Assembly: GCA_038213805.1 (NCBI GenBank) | Contig: JBBQSO010000085.1 | Coordinates: forward strand, 1-21,900 | DNA length: 21,900 bases | Origin: Planctomycetota bacterium | Lineage (GTDB): Bacteria; Planctomycetota; UBA11346 | Direction of reading: 5' to 3' | Shown: positions 15,537 to 21,900 of the stretch, one piece after another | Position numbering within the stretch: position 1 is the stretch's first letter | Layout: every line of letters starts with the position of its first letter | Position numbers and translations under genes: made by a program | The notes under the pieces: model-generated | What the model was told of the DNA's origin: nothing | Seen by the model: only the letters and a program-made list of their open reading frames with translations | Database searches by the model: none

Positions 15537-15632
15537 CTCGTCTCTCGTCTCTCGTCACGACCCGCATTTCCCTGCATTGACCACTATTTCCGCGGCATTT
15601 TCCACATGCCTAGCGTCTCGCGTCTCGCGCCT
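15537..15632. repeat. Two short heptamer tandem arrays
   Basis: CTCGTCT about 3 times at 15537-15556; GCGTCTC-GCGTCTC-GCGCCT at 15613-15632, abutting the TAG of the DUF4175-like gene. Confidence 0.65.
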
Positions 15633-18600
15633 ACTGCGCCCCGGCCAGCGCCTGGAAGTACGTGCCCACCATGTCCTCATAGCCAGGCGGCACGCGGTCT
15701 GTGGACCCGGCCATGATCTGCTGGCGGACCTTCTCGGGTAGGTGCGAGCGTTCGTGCTGCAGGCGAGCCTCGCCGCCGACGGCCTGGCGGGCCTCGCCGA
15801 GGGCGTCGAGGGCGGCGCTGTAGCGCGCCTTGATGGCGCCACCGCGCTGGGCCTGAGCGGCGTCCTGGACCTGGCCCATGGCCTGGACAGCGCTTTCGAG
15901 GTCGCCGGTGGGCAGGTGCTGGGCGCGCAGCTTGATCGCCAGCGCGCCGGCCTGCTGGCGGATCGCGGCCTGTTTGCCGGCGAGGCGCGCCATCGCCTGC
16001 TGCAGCGCGGGCGGCGGGGTCGGGCCGCGCAGGCCCTCGGCGGCGAAGCCGGCCTGCTTGCCGCCGCCGGTGGCGCCGCCATTGCTGTCCTTGCTCTCGT
16101 CCTTGACGCTGCCCTGCTCGAAGGGCGAGGCGCTGAGCCGCGTCGGCGTCTCCTGGCCGCCCTTGCCCTGGGCGGTGGCCTCGACCATCTGCCCGCTGCT
16201 GCGCCCGTTGCGGCCCTCGCCGGAACGGCCGCCGACCTCGTTCTTGTTGGGCAGCGAATTGCCGGTGATGCCCTTGGCGCTCATGTTCGAGATCGGGCCG
16301 TCGCCGGCGCCCCAGCCGGCGCCCTTGTCGATCGAGTCGTTCCACTTGCTCGAGACGTCCTGGACGTCGTCGGTCATCTCCTGCTCCTTGTCAATCAGGT
16401 CGCCGATGATGTCTTCCAGCTCTTTAGGCAGCTCGGCGAGCGGCACATCCGCGGGCGCGCCGGTGTCCTCCATGCTCCACTTGGTCTTGTCCGAGGACTC
16501 GGCCATCCAGCGCTCGAGATTGTGCACCAGCTTCTCGGCCTTCTCGAGGCCGGCGCCCTCGCGCGGCACGGCGATCTCGGCGGCCTTGGCGTCGAGCGCG
16601 GCGGCGGACGCCTTGATGTCCTGCCACACCTCGTTGAACTCGTCGGCGAGGCGGCCGTCGGCGAAGTCCTGGCCGGGCAGCTTGCTGAAGTCGGTGAGCT
16701 TCTCCTCGAGGAACTTCGCCCACGCCTTCTCCTCGTGGGCGAGTTCGCCAAGGATCTTCTCCTCGTCGCTGCTGAGATCCGCCGGACCCTTGTCGGCGAG
16801 GGTGCGGCTGCGCTCGAGGATGCGCCGCTGGTCACGCGCGAAGCGCTCCAGGTCGTCCTTCAGCGCTTCGGCCTTGTCCTGCATTTTCGCACGCTCGCCG
16901 TCGAGCGCCGCGTCGGTGGGCTTGGCTTTGGCTTTGGCCTCGGCCTTGGTGCGGTCGCCTTCGGCGAGGGCGCCGATCAGCGCGATGAGCCGCGCGATGA
17001 CCTCGTCCTGGCGGACGATGAGCCCGTCGAGCCGCTTGGCGGCCTGGGCGTCGTCGGCGAGCGCGCCGAGGTCGGCGCGCAGCTGCACCATGGCGCCCTC
17101 GACCAGCGGGCGCAGCTGGGCGAGCGTGCCCGCGTCCTTGGCTGCGGCGAAGGCAGCGATGGCCTTGTCGGCGGTGGCATGCGCCGCGTCCTCTGCCCCC
17201 GTGGCGGCCTGCCGCTGCGGCGCGAAGGTGTTGTGGCGGTGGATGTCGTCGAGGTTGACCGCCATGTTGGCGGCCACCGCGCGCGCACGCTGCTGTTCGG
17301 CCAGGGTCTGCTTGAGCAGGGCGAAGGCGGCGGCGAGCGGATCGCCCGCGGGCAGGGCGAGGTCGGCGACGGAGCGCACGCGTAGCAGCAGCGGCTGGGA
17401 GCGGGCAAGCTGACCGACGGGCTGCGCCGTGGCCGGCGGAGATGCGGCCGCGAGTGGCGCGAAGTCGCGTGCGATGGCCTCGACGACGTAGGTCTTGCCG
17501 GGCAGGAAGCGTTCCGGCGCGATGATCAGGGCGTGGCGCTCCTTCACCGGGCCCGGGTTGCCGGGCGGGCCGATATAGCGCCACTCCTTGATCATGAATG
17601 CAGCGGTGGGATCGGTGGCTTCGTGCGCCCACAGCGCGACCACGGATAGGCCGAGGTCGTCACTGGCGGCGACCTCGACGGCCAAGCGCTGGCCGGGGTC
17701 GACGAAGCGGTTGCGGTCATCGGCGACCAGTTCGACCTGCGGCGGACGGTCGGCCTCGATCTGGATGGCACCGCGCGCGACCACGCGCTCGGGCAGGCCA
17801 CCGTCGGCCGGCACCACCAGCTCGTACGGCGAGGCCGCCGCGATGACAGTCTCGCCACTCCACTCGCCGTTCCTCTCGCTGAGCGCGATGGCCCCACCGG
17901 CGACCCGCCACTGCAGCGCCTGGACGTGTTGATCCAGGGCCAGGGCCAGCACCACGCGGCTGCCCGGCAGCACCGCCAGGGTGGCGGGCGGGCCAGGCCG
18001 CACGGCCGCCTGCGCGCCGCTGTAGGCCGGGCCGGTGACGGTGAAACGCGCGCTGCGCAGCGCGGGCGGCGGCAGCACGGTCACCGCCACCCCCGCCGAC
18101 CACGAGCCGCCGCAGGTGGCGCGGAAGGCGAACGAGCGGTGCAGGTTGGGGAAGGTGACGGTGTAGCGCTGGCCGCCGCCGCTGACCGGCGTCAGTGCGA
18201 TGCGCTCGCCGGCGTCCAGCGCTTCGTCGAGGCTGGTGGCGCCTTCGGCGCGCACCAGCTGCGGGACCTCGGGCAGCAAACCGATGTGGGCCACGGTGCG
18301 GGCGTCGACGGTGACGGTCACGCTCTCGCCGTCGTAGACGGTGACGGGGCCAGCCGGGGTGACGGCAAGGACCACCGCGCCCAGCGGGGGCACGTCGGCC
18401 AGCGGCAGCAGCACGCGCTGCAAGGCGTTGCGCAGATGATCGGGCAGGACGGCCGCATAGGCGCCCCAGGCGGCGAGCGCGACCGCGGCCAGCGCCAACC
18501 AAAGCGCCAGGGCGCGCAGCTCGAGCAGGCGTGCCCACGGCAGGCGCAGCATCGCCCCGTGCCCGGCGGCCTGGGTGGCGCGCGCGAAGGCGGACTCGCG

Positions 18601-18951
18601 GATGCCGCCGTGGCCGGCCAGGGCAAGCCCTTCGAACTGGCAGGCGTTGATCAGCACGTTGTCGGCGATGCCGGCGGCCTCTTCGATGCGCCGAGCAGTG
18701 CCTTCGATGCTCTCGCTGCGCGCGGCGCGCCACAGCTGGGTGAGGAAACCCCACGCCAGCAGGCCGAGCAGCGCGAGCGCGCCGACGACACGCAGGCCGG
18801 CGGGCAGGTGCACGAGGTTGTCGAGCGCGCACAACGCGAGCAGCGCACCGAGCACCGGCGCCAGCCAGCGACCGAGGCCGCGCGTGAGGCGGGCGAGCAG
18901 GGCACGGCGCGCGATGCGCGCGAGTCGGGGACGCAGGCTGGGCGTGGTCAT
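15631..18951 (-). CDS. Large membrane-anchored DUF4175-like protein (TM helices, Ig-like region, coiled coils)
   Basis: Likely start MTTPSLR at 18951 (GAGGA SD). Three N-terminal TM helices, beta-rich segment with DRPPQV and ASDDLGL, long helical/charged region, Gly/Ser-rich segment, C-terminal VPPGYEDMVGTYFQAL. Confidence 0.75.
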   Translation of the reverse strand: MTTPSLRPRLARIARRALLARLTRGLGRWLAPVLGALLALCALDNLVHLPAGLRVVGALALLGLLAWGFLTQLWRAARSESIEGTARRIEEAAGIADNVLINACQFEGLALAGHGGIRESAFARATQAAGHGAMLRLPWARLLELRALALWLALAAVALAAWGAYAAVLPDHLRNALQRVLLPLADVPPLGAVVLAVTPAGPVTVYDGESVTVTVDARTVAHIGLLPEVPQLVRAEGATSLDEALDAGERIALTPVSGGGQRYTVTFPNLHRSFAFRATCGGSWSAGVAVTVLPPPALRSARFTVTGPAYSGAQAAVRPGPPATLAVLPGSRVVLALALDQHVQALQWRVAGGAIALSERNGEWSGETVIAAASPYELVVPADGGLPERVVARGAIQIEADRPPQVELVADDRNRFVDPGQRLAVEVAASDDLGLSVVALWAHEATDPTAAFMIKEWRYIGPPGNPGPVKERHALIIAPERFLPGKTYVVEAIARDFAPLAAASPPATAQPVGQLARSQPLLLRVRSVADLALPAGDPLAAAFALLKQTLAEQQRARAVAANMAVNLDDIHRHNTFAPQRQAATGAEDAAHATADKAIAAFAAAKDAGTLAQLRPLVEGAMVQLRADLGALADDAQAAKRLDGLIVRQDEVIARLIALIGALAEGDRTKAEAKAKAKPTDAALDGERAKMQDKAEALKDDLERFARDQRRILERSRTLADKGPADLSSDEEKILGELAHEEKAWAKFLEEKLTDFSKLPGQDFADGRLADEFNEVWQDIKASAAALDAKAAEIAVPREGAGLEKAEKLVHNLERWMAESSDKTKWSMEDTGAPADVPLAELPKELEDIIGDLIDKEQEMTDDVQDVSSKWNDSIDKGAGWGAGDGPISNMSAKGITGNSLPNKNEVGGRSGEGRNGRSSGQMVEATAQGKGGQETPTRLSASPFEQGSVKDESKDSNGGATGGGKQAGFAAEGLRGPTPPPALQQAMARLAGKQAAIRQQAGALAIKLRAQHLPTGDLESAVQAMGQVQDAAQAQRGGAIKARYSAALDALGEARQAVGGEARLQHERSHLPEKVRQQIMAGSTDRVPPGYEDMVGTYFQALAGAQ

Positions 18952-19121
18952 GGAGTCGCTTCCTCGCCTTCCGGGCATGGTCGCCATGGGGCGAAGCGCA
19001 GAGACTCACGCCGGTCGGGATGCCTGGACTTGATCATGAACGGCCTGCCTTGGCGTCCAACGCCATGCTGAGAACCCTGGTGATCAGGATCTACACCCCT
19101 GCCTCCGGCACGTCGCCGTCC

Positions 19122-19153
19122 GACTGCCGGACTGCCGGACTGCCGGCCTGCCT
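19122..19153. repeat. Octamer tandem array
   Basis: GACTGCCG three times exactly (19122-19145) plus a degenerate GCCTGCCT, starting 9 nt after the minus-strand stop at 19163. Confidence 0.75.
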
Positions 19154-19162
19154 GAAGGCACT

Positions 19163-20224
19163 TCACTTCCCCACCATCAATTCGCCACCGACGACCTGCG
19201 GCTGCCACAAGGCCGCGGAGCACGCCACCTGGGGGAGCTCCGCCGCAGTCTCGGCGAGACCGCGAAAGACCTCGCCACGTCCGGCGAGCATAACCCGCGC
19301 GCCTGGCTCATCACTTTCGAGATGCCAGCGCATCAGGCCGACCTGCCAGGGATGGCCCGGGGCGCCGGTCACCGCGCTGCGCCGCCACAGCAGCACCAGG
19401 GTGAAGACGTCGAGCGCGCCGTCCTGCCGCCAGGCGCCAAGCAGCTTGCGGTCGTCGAAGAAATCGGCGGCGTCGGCGAGCGCCGTGGTCATGCGGGCAT
19501 CGAGCGCGGCGTCGGCGCCCGGCCAACCCACCGTGATGCGGGTGCCGGCGCGCGTGGCGAGGAACAGCTCCGCACCCAGACCTGAAGCGATGGTGAAGTG
19601 GCCGGGCATGGTGCGGGTCGACTCCAGCAGCGCCAAGCCATCGCGGGTCACCGCCGCGAACTCCTCGACCGCGGGGTCGGCGACGCGCACCGCGAGCGGC
19701 TGGGCGGCTGCGGCACCAGCGTCGCTGAAGCTGATGCGGCTGGGATAGATCAGCGAGGCGAAGGCGTCGCCCGGCTTGCCCTGCTGCTTGGCGAGGAGGA
19801 TGACCTTACGCCGGGGCACCGGCGGCGCGGCGGGATCGTCAGATCCACCAGGGTCGACGGTGAACGCCGATGTGTAGAGATGGCCACTGGCGGTCTCGCC
19901 GCTGATGAACACCACCTGCACGCGGAACTGGCGCAGCGGATAGGGCGCGCCGGTCTCCTCGCGGAAGGCCTTGCCGGCCTCGGGCATGCGGAACTGGCGT
20001 TCGAGGGTCTCCTTCTCCGGCACCAGGCGCAGTTCACGCAGGCGCGCGAAATCGAGGGTCAGCAGGGTCCGCCCGTCGTGGAACTGGAGGGTGGTGCCGG
20101 GCACCGGGGCGATCGCGCCGGTGACGGTCTCGCCGTTCGACCACTGCACGGTGCCAGGGCGCGGTTCCTCAGCGGTCGCATGAACGCAGGCGAAGACGAG
20201 GAGGATGAACAGGAGCGGCTTCAT
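19163..20224 (-). CDS. Secreted hypothetical protein
   Basis: Start MKPLLFILLVFACVHATA (signal peptide) at 20224, ATGA-overlapping the upstream stop; GC3-rich. No family recognised. Confidence 0.8.
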   Translation of the reverse strand: MKPLLFILLVFACVHATAEEPRPGTVQWSNGETVTGAIAPVPGTTLQFHDGRTLLTLDFARLRELRLVPEKETLERQFRMPEAGKAFREETGAPYPLRQFRVQVVFISGETASGHLYTSAFTVDPGGSDDPAAPPVPRRKVILLAKQQGKPGDAFASLIYPSRISFSDAGAAAAQPLAVRVADPAVEEFAAVTRDGLALLESTRTMPGHFTIASGLGAELFLATRAGTRITVGWPGADAALDARMTTALADAADFFDDRKLLGAWRQDGALDVFTLVLLWRRSAVTGAPGHPWQVGLMRWHLESDEPGARVMLAGRGEVFRGLAETAAELPQVACSAALWQPQVVGGELMVGK

Positions 20225-21900
20225 AGCAGATGCTTCCGGCGCCGCAGCCACCACTCGCCGATGACCAGGGCGAGGAATACCAGCAGATACCAGGGATCGC
20301 CGCCGACCAGGGCCACGTCGCTGGTCACCGGCTTGCCGAGCAGGGTGGTGCGCAGGTGTGCGAGCAGCGGCTCAAGGTCCTTCTCGCCCGCGTAGATGCC
20401 GCCCGCGGCGCCCGCCGCCGCGCCCAGCATGGCCGCGTCCACGGCCAGGCGGTTGCCCTCGCCCAGGCGCGGCGCGATGGCGAAGATTTTTTCATAGGTG
20501 TCGTCGGCCTGCCCGGGCTGGCCGATGGTCAGGCGGAAACGGTACTCGCCGCGCTCGCCGAAGCGCACGCGCGCGCGCAGGCTGCCGGCCTGGCCGACGG
20601 CGGCTTCGAGCGGCACCGGGGTCTCGCTGGTGGCGCCGGCGACGATCGTCGCCAGGGTCGCGGCGAGTCGCGGCGCGGCGCCGGGCGGCGCGAGCACGGT
20701 GATGGTCGCGACCGCCTCGTCGCCCGGCTGGTAGCGCTCGCGGTCCCACTGCACCCGCGCCAGGTGGCAGGCGTCGCCGGCGTCGGCTGCGTGGCGCACG
20801 AGCTGGCGCCAGAAGCGCCCGTAGGCGGTGGTGCCGTCGCCGCCGGCGCGCGCCAGGCGCCACAGCGTGTTGGTGGCGATGCCTACGCTTTTGCCGCGGC
20901 CGTAGGGCTGGATGGCGGCCACCGCCAGCGGGCGGCCGGCGACCACGCTTTCGAGCAGCGCAGTCGCGCCCGGACGCAGCGGCCCGACGTCGTTGACGCT
21001 TTCCAGCACCGCACCGCCGGCGGCGTCGCCCGCGCCGGCGAGCAGCGCCTGCAGTCCGGCCACGGCCGGCTGGCCGCCGGCGCTGGCCGGCACGCCGACC
21101 GGATAGCTGCCGCGCAGCAGGCCGCCAGTGCCGGACAGGCTCCACGGCAGCAGCGCTGCGAGCGGCGTGGTGGCGTAACCACCGGCGGCGAAGGCGCGCT
21201 CGCCACCGAGGAAGACCGCGGCCCCGCCCGCCTCGACATAGCCGGTGAGGGCGCGCATCTCGGCTTCGCTCCAGCCGCTCGCCGGGAAGGCGCCGAGCAC
21301 CACGCAGCCGTAGCGGCGCAGCGCCTCGGCGCTGGTCGGGAAGCCTTTCTCCAGCGCAGCGTCGCCGTCGAGACGGTCGCCCTGCAGGGTGTAGCGGTCG
21401 CCGGTGATGCGGAACAGGCCGGTGAAGCTGACGCCGGGATCGCGTGCCAGCTCCTGACGCAGGCTTTTGAAGTCGGCGCCAAGTTCGCGCGTGAAGAACA
21501 ACACGTGCAGGCTCTGCTCGCGCACGTCGATCGCCAACGCGCGACCATTGTCGAGCAGCGACAGCTCGCCGGGCAGCTCGGGCAGGGTGACGCGGTAGCG
21601 GCGCAGGCCAGGGCTGTCGGCGGTCTGCGCAAAGCTGACCTGGGCGCGGCCGTTCGCCAGCGCGGCGTGAAGCGTGGCCACGTCCTTCCAGCCCTGGCCC
21701 TCGGCGCGTTGCAACACCACCGGAACGTCGGCGAGCCGCGCGGCGAAGGCCGGACTGCGCGCCTGCGCGGCGAGGTCCGCGACGATGGTGAAGTCGAGGC
21801 GCGCCTCGACGGTCGCCGGCGCGGTCACGCCCGTGACCGCGCGGTGGTCGCCGGGCCAGGCATCGCCGGCCGGGGTGCCGGCGCCCACGAGCGACAACCG
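20221..21900 (-). CDS. Membrane protein with a GATase1-like (DUF1355-type) domain, 5'-truncated by the window edge
   Basis: The frame is open to the window edge. Contains VFLGGERAF, YATTPLAALLP, YGRGK, FWRQLVR and a C-terminal TM helix followed by EWWLRRRK, as in GATase1-like/vWA membrane proteins. Confidence 0.75.
   Translation of the reverse strand, partial: RLSLVGAGTPAGDAWPGDHRAVTGVTAPATVEARLDFTIVADLAAQARSPAFAARLADVPVVLQRAEGQGWKDVATLHAALANGRAQVSFAQTADSPGLRRYRVTLPELPGELSLLDNGRALAIDVREQSLHVLFFTRELGADFKSLRQELARDPGVSFTGLFRITGDRYTLQGDRLDGDAALEKGFPTSAEALRRYGCVVLGAFPASGWSEAEMRALTGYVEAGGAAVFLGGERAFAAGGYATTPLAALLPWSLSGTGGLLRGSYPVGVPASAGGQPAVAGLQALLAGAGDAAGGAVLESVNDVGPLRPGATALLESVVAGRPLAVAAIQPYGRGKSVGIATNTLWRLARAGGDGTTAYGRFWRQLVRHAADAGDACHLARVQWDRERYQPGDEAVATITVLAPPGAAPRLAATLATIVAGATSETPVPLEAAVGQAGSLRARVRFGERGEYRFRLTIGQPGQADDTYEKIFAIAPRLGEGNRLAVDAAMLGAAAGAAGGIYAGEKDLEPLLAHLRTTLLGKPVTSDVALVGGDPWYLLVFLALVIGEWWLRRRKHLL

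Noticed and set aside
15742..17413. 547-aa and 511-aa plus-strand ORFs
   Set aside because: Antisense shadows of the DUF4175-like gene.

Overview
Very GC-rich bacterial chromosomal window. Gene content suggests a PVC/Planctomycetota-like organism (inference). In order: a 5'-truncated bacterial alpha-2-macroglobulin with an intact CAEQ thioester, coupled to pbpC; a secreted rhodanese; a folP-cdaA-cdaR (c-di-AMP synthesis) operon; a YwqG/DUF1963-like gene; a 43-aa Lys/Ala-rich histone-H1-like gene missing from the ORF track; a Moco-class riboswitch that appears to lack P3, leading moaA-moaD-moaE-moaC-moeA; a REP/REPIN-like palindrome cluster; and the 3' part of a minus-strand envelope operon (GATase1-like membrane protein, secreted protein, DUF4175-like protein). 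The protein genes are mostly known families. The most unusual signals are non-coding: the P3-less Moco/Tuco riboswitch, an alternating purine-pyrimidine tract and a hairpin array flanking the tiny basic-protein gene, and 7-8-nt tandem repeats starting within about 15 nt after four different stop codons. All family calls come from motif recognition by eye, not database searches.
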